Shown one piece after another: positions 56,730-64,000 of a DNA stretch of 64,000 bases. The stretch lies in sequence record PP274704.1. One strand, given 5' to 3'. The notes under the pieces were generated by a model, which was not told the origin of the DNA, did not search any database, and saw only the letters and a list, made by a program, of their open reading frames with translations. This stretch comes from Escherichia phage ECp13. The position numbers were made by a program, and so were the translations under genes. Each line of letters starts with the position of its first letter. Positions within the stretch are counted from its first letter, which is position 1.

Positions 56730-56996
56730 GTGAGCTTTCCGAAATTAGAAGTAGGTGATTTAGTCTTAACAAAATTGTGGAATGATGCTCAATCAGTAGA
56801 AATCTGCCAATATCGTGGAGCAACAGGTAATTTGATGTACACGATTTATAATCCAGAAATTTTGTTAGAGTGTCATTTGGAACGCTTTATAAAAGACACT
56901 GATAGTATGCCTTATAGTGTATCGATTGTGCGTAAATCTGATACAAAGGAATACTCTAAAATTTTAGAACAAATTTATGTCAGTAAAAAGGATTAA
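56730..56996 (+). CDS. hypothetical protein (non-ATG start)
   Basis: Track ORF from TTG 56718; GTG at 56730 with GGTGA RBS is the likelier start, about 88 aa. Confidence 0.4.
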   Translation: MSFPKLEVGDLVLTKLWNDAQSVEICQYRGATGNLMYTIYNPEILLECHLERFIKDTDSMPYSVSIVRKSDTKEYSKILEQIYVSKKD

Positions 56997-56997
56997 T

Positions 56998-57531
56998 ATG
57001 AAACGATTAGTATTAGAAGTTAGTCCACTTTTTGGCGAATTGGCTATAGAAAAAGTAAATAATATGTATCGTTTGACGCAAGAAGACGATATGCTATATT
57101 TTACGCCCAGTGAAATCATTCATTTAACCCAAATTGAATATCCTTATACTGATAAAATAGTAAGCATTAATGATGAGCACAAAATTCATTTTTATTCTTC
57201 ATGCCCAGGATTTAATATTAAAAGTGAGTCAATGTGTTTATCAGTTATCCATTGGGATAGTTTTATAGATAAGATTAAATATTTTTATTATTCTAATGAA
57301 AGAAAACATAGTTTAAAATGGTTTAAAAATTGCAATGCTATTATTACTAACGCTTGCAATCAGAATGATGAAACTGTTTTAAATGTGTCAAAATGCTATG
57401 AAGATGGAGATGTCTTAACTATTCGTCAAATTGACGATTTTCGATCGCATATTGTCACATTTACCAAAGACGAAGCTATTGCGCTAAAGACTTATCTTGA
57501 TTCTGTCATTCCAACTATGATTTCAAAGTGA
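56998..57531 (+). CDS. hypothetical protein, paralog A
   Basis: 177 aa from ATG 56998 (RBS AAAAGGA); C-terminus ...KDEAIALKTYLDSVIPTMISK. Confidence 0.5.
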   Translation: MKRLVLEVSPLFGELAIEKVNNMYRLTQEDDMLYFTPSEIIHLTQIEYPYTDKIVSINDEHKIHFYSSCPGFNIKSESMCLSVIHWDSFIDKIKYFYYSNERKHSLKWFKNCNAIITNACNQNDETVLNVSKCYEDGDVLTIRQIDDFRSHIVTFTKDEAIALKTYLDSVIPTMISK

Positions 57532-57537
57532 GGAAAT

Positions 57538-58059
57538 ATGTTTATTTCAAGTGGAAGTGGTTTAATTCGCGTTGAATTTAAAAATGACATCTTCTTTATT
57601 CAAGGAGATGATATTATTAAAATGAGTTATGATGAAATTAAGAAAATTTGTAATGCTCTTGAAAATCATGGAAAGGTGAATGCTGTCATTGATATTGGCG
57701 ATTTATGGGTGACACTTTATGAAGTATCCGAAGGATTTAACATTGAAGATGAAAATAACATTTTAGCTATTGATAAAAGAAGTGATTTGTTTGATGTGTT
57801 AAAAGTTTATGAACAGTCAAACGGTGGAAGAAAAGCTGCATTGATTTATCAAAAACCACATTCATGTGGAACTGCTTCAATCATTTCAGATATTGAAGAT
57901 GAAACTGATACTTATATGTGTGTTTTAAAAGCTGGTGGTGACCGTCATCCGGATTTTATTTCTATTCGTCAAAACAATGGAGAAATTTCATTATCAAAAT
58001 CAGAAGCTGAAGCTATGATTAAGTATTTAACAACTGTTACACCTTCAATGAAAGGATGA
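57538..58059 (+). CDS. hypothetical protein, paralog B
   Basis: 173-aa ORF; C-terminus ...KSEAEAMIKYLTTVTPSMKG parallels the upstream ORF. Confidence 0.5.
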   Translation: MFISSGSGLIRVEFKNDIFFIQGDDIIKMSYDEIKKICNALENHGKVNAVIDIGDLWVTLYEVSEGFNIEDENNILAIDKRSDLFDVLKVYEQSNGGRKAALIYQKPHSCGTASIISDIEDETDTYMCVLKAGGDRHPDFISIRQNNGEISLSKSEAEAMIKYLTTVTPSMKG

Positions 58060-58541
58060 TTATAACTATGGTTATTAATGAAAACTCTTGGCACTTTAAA
58101 ATTTACTCGGCATTTAATAGCACATGGAATCGTCCAAAAACGTTATGTGCTTATTTTTGGAAAACGTTTCTCCCGGTATTAGCGGTTTCAATTGTTGGAT
58201 TTGCAACTTTAACAGGTGCTGCAATCATTGGCCAAGAAATTTTAATTAAATTCTTTGTCTTTAGTAGTCTATGGACATTAGTTCCGGCTTCAATTGGTAT
58301 AGGTATTTTAGCATTATCGGTCATGGTTCTTATTGCTGTCGGGGCGGTAATTGGTCCTTCTTGGTTGTTAGACAAATATAACGACCGAAAGCTCAATAAA
58401 GAAATTGAGCTCATTGTACAAAACGAAGAACGAATCAAAAATGGACTTGAGCCTATTCAACCCAAGAAATCTATTATCGTCGAATTTTTAAAAGCGCGTA
58501 AAGCTAAAGTATGTCCTGTTATTGAATATAAGGCTGAATGA
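58056..58541 (+). CDS. membrane protein
   Basis: 161-aa ORF with two or three hydrophobic helices and a charged C-terminal tail. Confidence 0.5.
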   Translation: MIITMVINENSWHFKIYSAFNSTWNRPKTLCAYFWKTFLPVLAVSIVGFATLTGAAIIGQEILIKFFVFSSLWTLVPASIGIGILALSVMVLIAVGAVIGPSWLLDKYNDRKLNKEIELIVQNEERIKNGLEPIQPKKSIIVEFLKARKAKVCPVIEYKAE

Positions 58542-59551
58542 TGAAAACAGTAATGAAAAGCTATTTTGGTAGTCATCTTTATGGAACTTCTACTCCAGAA
58601 TCTGATGTAGATTTTAAAGAAATCTTTGTTCCTCCTGCTCGCGATATTCTTATCGGAAATGTTAAAGAGCATATGAGTAAAAACACTAACAACACATCAT
58701 CTAAAAACACTAAAGATGATATTGACCATGAACTATACAGTCTTAAATATTTCTTTAAATTAGCTGCAGATGGTGAAACTGTAGCATTGGATATGCTCCA
58801 TACTCCACCTGAACTAGTGGTTAAATCAGATTTGCCTGATGTATGGAAGTTTATTCAAGACAATCGTTCTCGTTTTTATACGACTAACATGAAATCCTAT
58901 TTAGGATATGTCCGCAAGCAAGCTTCTAAATACGGTGTTAAGGGTTCTCGTTTGGCCGCATTGCGTGATGTATTGAAAGTAGTTAATCAAATCCCCGATC
59001 AGTGGGTTGATTATCAAGAAGGAATCCCTGATAGACTTCGTCGTACTAAGGTAGAAGATATCAAACACAGACTCCCTGAAAATGAGTTCTGTGAATGGGT
59101 ATTCCATAATCATGAGAAAACAGGCCCACAAACGTTCTACACTGTGTTGGGTCGTAAATATCAGACAACACTTTCTCTTATTGAACTTAAGCAGTCACTG
59201 AACAAATTAGATGCTGAATACGGCGAACGCGCTCGTAAGGCTGAAGCGAATGAGGGCATTGACTGGAAAGCTCTGAGTCATGCTTGTCGTGGTGGACTCC
59301 AACTATTGGAAATTTACAAAACAGGTGACTTAGTTTATCCACTTCAAGACGCTCCATTTATTCTCGACGTGAAGCTGGGTAAACACCCATTTAAAACTGT
59401 TCAAGAGTTTTTGGAAGATGTGGTCGATCAAGTAGAAGCAGCATCCATTGAAGCTTCTAAGAACGGTATGCAGCAAAAAGTAGACATGGGTTTCTGGGAT
59501 GACTTCCTTGAGAGGGTTTATCTTGAAAACCATCGAAGTTATTATAAATGA
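58538..59551 (+). CDS. nucleotidyltransferase-fold protein (Pol-beta superfamily motif)
   Basis: 337-aa ORF; N-terminal YFGSHLYGTSTPESDVDF matches the G[GS]...D.D minimal NTase motif. Confidence 0.55.
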   Translation: MMKTVMKSYFGSHLYGTSTPESDVDFKEIFVPPARDILIGNVKEHMSKNTNNTSSKNTKDDIDHELYSLKYFFKLAADGETVALDMLHTPPELVVKSDLPDVWKFIQDNRSRFYTTNMKSYLGYVRKQASKYGVKGSRLAALRDVLKVVNQIPDQWVDYQEGIPDRLRRTKVEDIKHRLPENEFCEWVFHNHEKTGPQTFYTVLGRKYQTTLSLIELKQSLNKLDAEYGERARKAEANEGIDWKALSHACRGGLQLLEIYKTGDLVYPLQDAPFILDVKLGKHPFKTVQEFLEDVVDQVEAASIEASKNGMQQKVDMGFWDDFLERVYLENHRSYYK

Positions 59552-59553
59552 TA

Positions 59554-59580
59554 GGGAGCCTTCGGGCTCCCTTTTTATTT
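59554..59580 (+). terminator. intrinsic terminator after the NTase-fold gene
   Basis: GGGAGCC-ttcg-GGCTCCC hairpin followed by TTTTTATTT. Confidence 0.7.
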
Positions 59581-59600
59581 CAAAATTTTTTCACAAAACG

Positions 59601-59630
59601 GTTTACAAGCATAAAGCTTTATGGTACTAT
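59601..59630 (+). promoter_or_regulatory. early sigma70-type promoter (conserved module)
   Basis: GTTTAC (59601-59606), 18 bp, TACTAT (59625-59630); shares TGGTACTATACAACTATCAACT with the 43915 and 61040 promoters. Confidence 0.6.
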
Positions 59631-59664
59631 ACAACTATCAACTGATACGGATTTGGAGAATAAA

Positions 59665-60633
59665 ATGAAAACTGTAACTATCAATAAGGGTATCTACTTC
59701 GGTAAAGAAATCTCTGGAACTTTTGAGCTCTTAGGCGAATGGTTCCCAGATAATGCTCCGGTAGATGCACAAGGAGATGGTAAAGTTTTTGTTGAAATTG
59801 ACGGTAAACGTCGCGGTGTTTGGGTTTACAAATCAGATATTTCATATGATGGTGTAAAGGTTGAAGAAGTTAAAGAATCGTATGAAGATATGAAAACCCG
59901 CATTAATAAAAGATTTAATGTTATGGGAATGATGACGAATGGTATTATTAATGGAAATATTCGTTCATTGATTATCTCTGGTGCAGCAGGTATTGGTAAA
60001 ACGTATTCTTTAGATAAAGCTTTAAATAAAGCAAATGATATTGGATACATTGAATATAAAAGTATTAATGGTAAAATCTCTGGTATTGGTCTTTATGAGC
60101 AGCTTTGGAATAATCGTGAAGAGAATTCTGTCCTTTTGATTGATGATGTGGATGTTTTCTCTGATATGGACATTCTTAATCTTCTAAAAGCCGCTCTGGA
60201 CACCGGAGAGACCCGTAAAGTCTGCTGGAGCACTGCGTCTTCTTACTTAGAAGAAAAAGGCATTGAGCGTGAGTTTGAATTTAAAGGAACGATTGTTTTT
60301 ATCACAAACGTTGACATTGACCGCGAATTAGACCGTGGTACTAAACTTGCTCCACATTTACAAGCATTAGTGTCCCGCTCGGTTTATTTGGATTTGGGTG
60401 TTCACACTAATGAAGAAATTATGGTCAGGGTTGAAGATGTTATTCTTTCAACTGACATGATGCAAAAGCGCGGTCTTTCTGATGAAGAAACTTATAAAGC
60501 ATTATCATGGATGAAAGTTAATGTTAATCGTTTACGCAATGTTTCACTGCGTACTGCTCTTTATCTTGCTGACTTTATTATGACCGACAAAAACGGTTGG
60601 GAAGAAATCGCTGAGGTTACTCTTCTGAAATAA
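59665..60633 (+). CDS. AAA+ family ATPase
   Basis: 322 aa from ATG 59665 (RBS GGAGAA); Walker A GAAGIGKT, Walker B VLLIDDVD, sensor-like FITN. Confidence 0.6.
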   Translation: MKTVTINKGIYFGKEISGTFELLGEWFPDNAPVDAQGDGKVFVEIDGKRRGVWVYKSDISYDGVKVEEVKESYEDMKTRINKRFNVMGMMTNGIINGNIRSLIISGAAGIGKTYSLDKALNKANDIGYIEYKSINGKISGIGLYEQLWNNREENSVLLIDDVDVFSDMDILNLLKAALDTGETRKVCWSTASSYLEEKGIEREFEFKGTIVFITNVDIDRELDRGTKLAPHLQALVSRSVYLDLGVHTNEEIMVRVEDVILSTDMMQKRGLSDEETYKALSWMKVNVNRLRNVSLRTALYLADFIMTDKNGWEEIAEVTLLK

Positions 60634-60734
60634 TTCATAAGAGGACTTCTATGACAAAAAGGCAGTTCAGAAATAGATTATATGGACTGCCATTAAAAAG
60701 ATGACTAGAATTAAACTGGTGAATGGAGGTAGTG

Positions 60735-61037
60735 ATGTTATACTCAAAGGCTCGTGAAATTTACGAAACTAAAATTAAAGAAGCAGTATTTCAGTTCGCA
60801 ACAACGATGCGATGGACAAATGATTGGGAGTATTCAAAAAATCATAAGAAGCCCATGGTGGCAAGAAAGGCTCATATGTTAGTGTTAATAGACCGTGAGC
60901 AGATTAAAGCCCGAGAAGCCCTCCAGAATCACAAAAAGGCTGCCTTTGAATGGTTTATGGATAACACTGCTCCTGAGACCAAGAAAGCAGTGAGCGCCTG
61001 GTTCAGTGGAAAAAATTGTGAAAGAAGTTTCTTTTAG
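60735..61037 (+). CDS. hypothetical protein
   Basis: 100 aa from ATG 60735 (RBS GGAGG at 5 nt). Confidence 0.5.
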   Translation: MLYSKAREIYETKIKEAVFQFATTMRWTNDWEYSKNHKKPMVARKAHMLVLIDREQIKAREALQNHKKAAFEWFMDNTAPETKKAVSAWFSGKNCERSFF

Positions 61038-61039
61038 TG

Positions 61040-61069
61040 GTTTACAAGACTATTCCTCTGTGGTACTAT
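61040..61069 (+). promoter_or_regulatory. early sigma70-type promoter (conserved module)
   Basis: GTTTAC (61040-61045), 18 bp, TACTAT (61064-61069). Confidence 0.6.
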
Positions 61070-61097
61070 ACAACTATCAACTACGGAGGAACAGAAA

Positions 61098-61625
61098 ATG
61101 AACGCTAAAGATATTTTCAACTTGGTAAATTATAACGATGGTAAATTTAAATCTGAAGCACAAAGCAAGTTCTTTAATGACATCTCAATCGGAGGTGAAA
61201 TCACTGTTGATGGAGGACAAATTTACAAATCCCGTTGGAATTGGATCGTTATTATCGATGAGATCGGTATTGTAGAAATTTACAAGAATACGAATAAAAA
61301 TCGTACATTACACTGGTCTCGTGATACTAACGAACAGCACAAAAAGGATAAAGCATCTAAATTATCTCGTGTAACTCAAGAAGATATTGAGTTCATCAAG
61401 AAAGATATTTTAATGTATGATAACTTAATTGCTGAAGAGCAAGCTGTTATTGATAAATTTGACGAGATTAAAGCTTCTCGTGAAATTCCTGATTTTATGA
61501 AAGAATCAGTAAATGAACGATACTCTCTCATTTCAGAGCGTATTGAAACTTACAAAAAGCAAAGAGCTGAACGCCAAAATACTCTTCGGAAGTTTGAAGA
61601 ACGGTTAAAGACGGTACTCGCATAA
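61098..61625 (+). CDS. hypothetical protein
   Basis: 175-aa ORF with RBS GGAGGA. Confidence 0.5.
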   Translation: MNAKDIFNLVNYNDGKFKSEAQSKFFNDISIGGEITVDGGQIYKSRWNWIVIIDEIGIVEIYKNTNKNRTLHWSRDTNEQHKKDKASKLSRVTQEDIEFIKKDILMYDNLIAEEQAVIDKFDEIKASREIPDFMKESVNERYSLISERIETYKKQRAERQNTLRKFEERLKTVLA

Positions 61626-61680
61626 CCGCTTTATACCAAGGATGGTATAATGGTTCTAAGCCCTTATAATTGAGATTATT

Positions 61681-62082
61681 ATGAAACAGTTGATAATTAA
61701 AAGATTGAATTTATTGATATGTTGTTTATGTGTAGTAGTTGCATATGGTTATTACGCAATTAATGATTATATGCACTATAAAGATTATGATGTTACTGTA
61801 GTTAATACCATTACAGGAATACAAGGAAAAGGGTCTAGTTTATCGTTTATTGCCGTATATGAACTTAAAGACGGCTATAGATTTAGTGAATATATTTCCC
61901 CAGAGATGTATTCTTCAATAGAAAAAGGTGATAATATTACTGTAAGTTTACGTCCTTTCGACGTAAAACAGACGTGGTTTGATAATATTGTTTGGTTCTT
62001 TGGAATGGCATTAGTTCAGTCTATATGCGGTACTTATATAGTCTGTTCAATCTTATTTAGTGTAATTAGTAAAATTGAGTGA
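61681..62082 (+). CDS. membrane protein
   Basis: 133-aa ORF with N-terminal and C-terminal hydrophobic helices. Confidence 0.5.
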   Translation: MKQLIIKRLNLLICCLCVVVAYGYYAINDYMHYKDYDVTVVNTITGIQGKGSSLSFIAVYELKDGYRFSEYISPEMYSSIEKGDNITVSLRPFDVKQTWFDNIVWFFGMALVQSICGTYIVCSILFSVISKIE

Positions 62083-62089
62083 GGAAAAT

Positions 62090-62980
62090 ATGTCAGTAGT
62101 AATTAATAATGTCAATGCAGTAATTAAATCTTTAGTTAATAAAAAAATGATGAATGAATGGACTGTATTTCGCAGTGCAGAGCCAGATAAATTTTTTCAT
62201 AGATTTAACCCAACTTTGGATTTGAATGTTATCGACAGAGATGTTCATGCTGAAATTTTAGATAAGTTTAAAGTTGATATTGGATTTGGATTAGAAAAAC
62301 ATTTACAGCGAACAAATGGATCTGGAATGAGTTTATCTAATCGCATTATGAAAGCCCTTAATAAAATTGGAGCATTGTCTCGTATTAATGCAAGTGAAAT
62401 CCTTCGTAATTATAATAAAGGATATGACCTTTATGGTCGACTGATGCCAAAATTATCATTCGATCAAATGATTACGGATTTGTGGGAAAATCAAAGACGA
62501 TTATTAGCATTAGGCGCTCGATTAGCTAAAGGTCTAGATAAACAAATGATTTTTAAGACCAATAATACAGAAGACCTTAAATGCTTTAAATTTAGTACTC
62601 GTGGCATTGATTATTATATCAGAGCTCACTCTACAGATTATGTCAATATGGGGCATCATCTCTGTTTAGCTTTTGAAGTTTTAAAAGAAGCTGGAACATT
62701 AGAATATTCATCTGGGGCAAAATGTCCTATTGGTTCAAGTTGTATTTTAATTTATCGCCCGGATGAATCCAGTTCAACTACATTGCCTACGAAACCTGTA
62801 CCAGTTCGTAGTAACGAAAAACATTCTGAACAAATTGATTATTTTAATAAACAGATTGAAGAGCTGAATATTTCTATTCAACAATATGATGATGAAATTT
62901 TCAGACTATCTGGACTGAGTAGTAAAGCTAAATCTGAGCGTGAAAAGTTAATTAAAATTGTCGATTTACTTAAATCTTAA
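62090..62980 (+). CDS. hypothetical protein with C-terminal coiled coil
   Basis: 296 aa from ATG 62090 (RBS GAGGAAA); track ORF starts at a TTG at 62075. Confidence 0.5.
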   Translation: MSVVINNVNAVIKSLVNKKMMNEWTVFRSAEPDKFFHRFNPTLDLNVIDRDVHAEILDKFKVDIGFGLEKHLQRTNGSGMSLSNRIMKALNKIGALSRINASEILRNYNKGYDLYGRLMPKLSFDQMITDLWENQRRLLALGARLAKGLDKQMIFKTNNTEDLKCFKFSTRGIDYYIRAHSTDYVNMGHHLCLAFEVLKEAGTLEYSSGAKCPIGSSCILIYRPDESSSTTLPTKPVPVRSNEKHSEQIDYFNKQIEELNISIQQYDDEIFRLSGLSSKAKSEREKLIKIVDLLKS

Positions 62981-62988
62981 GGAATACC

Positions 62989-64000
62989 ATGAAAACTCGT
63001 TCTCAAATTGAAGATATGGTTCGTACTGCCAGCGATACTCGTAATGTTATGACATTTTTGTGCGAAAATAATTTAGACCCTGATAAAGTTAATCGTGCTA
63101 TTCATCACTTTAAATATCTAAATAGCAGTGAATGGGTGAGTAATTTTAGTAAAGCGGGGTATATTACACAAATGACGGCTCGTGAGCAGCTCACAGATTT
63201 TTGTAAAACTATTGATTATAAAAATCCTCTATTTGTTCAAGGCGTTGGTCAAAGTAAGGTCGATTTATCGTCTGGATTTTTTAATCCAAATCATTATCGT
63301 ATTGAATGGAGATTTATTGCTCTATTCCGTAAACAATTAAAGCAAATTTTATCAACTGCGAGTCGATTAAAAGGTTCTGATATTAACTTAAAGAACCTGA
63401 AATTTGATGGTTATACTCTTCAGATGGAAGTAAGACCATTAAAAGAAAATAACAGAACTGCGCGAATTAGCTTTAAACCTAATACAAAAAATTCTCTTTC
63501 AATTTGCGAATGCCTTAAATCACAGTTGACAGAAGCATTTAAGTATATGGATGTTGTTGCCGCTGTTCAGTCTAAGATTTTACCTCGTTTTGAGCGATTT
63601 AAATTAGACACAACAACGTATGAACTTGATATGTTCGTTTCATTTAAATACGATTTTTTGAGAAAGGACGAAATCCCGCAAGAGAAAAAGCAGGAAGTGC
63701 AAGATATCTTAAATTTATCCAATTACTCATCAAACGATCCTAAATTTTGGATGTATAGCTCAGGTAATAAGGATGCATGGAAATTCAATAAAGCGAATTT
63801 TCTTCCTATTGAAAATCCGAGTCTTAAACCTGTTGAAAAATGGCACGCCGATGCGATTGAGAATTCTCTTAAAGCAGTAGATGATGAACTCGTTAAAGCA
63901 ACTAATGAAGTGTTAGAAGCTGAAAAGATGCTAGAACAAGCTCAGTCAAGGGTTCAAAATCTGACAAAGCAACGTTCTAAACTGAACAATGCACTAAATG
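62989..64000 (+). CDS. hypothetical protein with C-terminal coiled coil, 3'-truncated by window edge
   Basis: Open frame from ATG 62989 (RBS AAGGAA) to the window end with no stop, more than 337 codons; absent from the ORF track because no stop is in view. Confidence 0.5.
   Translation, partial: MKTRSQIEDMVRTASDTRNVMTFLCENNLDPDKVNRAIHHFKYLNSSEWVSNFSKAGYITQMTAREQLTDFCKTIDYKNPLFVQGVGQSKVDLSSGFFNPNHYRIEWRFIALFRKQLKQILSTASRLKGSDINLKNLKFDGYTLQMEVRPLKENNRTARISFKPNTKNSLSICECLKSQLTEAFKYMDVVAAVQSKILPRFERFKLDTTTYELDMFVSFKYDFLRKDEIPQEKKQEVQDILNLSNYSSNDPKFWMYSSGNKDAWKFNKANFLPIENPSLKPVEKWHADAIENSLKAVDDELVKATNEVLEAEKMLEQAQSRVQNLTKQRSKLNNALN

Noticed and set aside
58151-59533. Minus-strand ORFs (58151-58438, 58457-58672, 58901-59131, 59330-59533) within the membrane protein and NTase genes
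   Set aside because: Antisense to plus-strand genes in a region where all supported genes, promoters and terminators are plus-oriented.

Overview
The window is a contiguous segment of a T4-like (T-even, Tequatrovirus-type) myophage genome, oriented antiparallel to the conventional T4 map. Gene order and ORF lengths track T4 almost one-to-one. From the start: 3' part of baseplate gene 25, uvsY, uvsW (minus), inh, hoc, 24.3/24.2, rnlB. Then the late structural block on the minus strand: 24, 23, 22, 21, 68, 67, 20, 19, an HNH endonuclease ORF, 18, 17, 16, 15, 14, 13, wac, 12, 11, 10, 9, 8, 7, 6, 5.4, 5.1, 5, 53. Then on the plus strand: 4, 2, 3, 1, 57A, 57B, a hyperplastic region (IP-like genes, novel small ORFs, a reduced tRNA cluster, membrane-protein paralogs), nudE, lysozyme e, denV, an internal-protein gene, a GrcA-like gene, regB, a macro-domain ORF, tk, rI, and nrdC-proximal small ORFs including a nucleotidyltransferase-fold protein and an AAA+ ATPase. 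Regulatory signals are readable directly: T4 late promoters (TATAAATA), sigma70-type early promoters (GTTTAC, 18 bp, TACTAT-like), two MotA-box middle promoters, and GC-rich tetraloop hairpin terminators. Differences from T4 as I recall it: no segD or segE ORFs, an HNH ORF between genes 18 and 19, Hoc with an extra Ig-like domain, a truncated tRNA cluster without segB, and divergent internal-protein genes. No single dominant undescribed system stands out; the best candidates are the repeat-bracketed capsid-targeted protein cassettes, the macro-domain protein and the NTase/AAA+ pair. All calls rest on reading the sequence and on recalled T4 biology; no database search was run.
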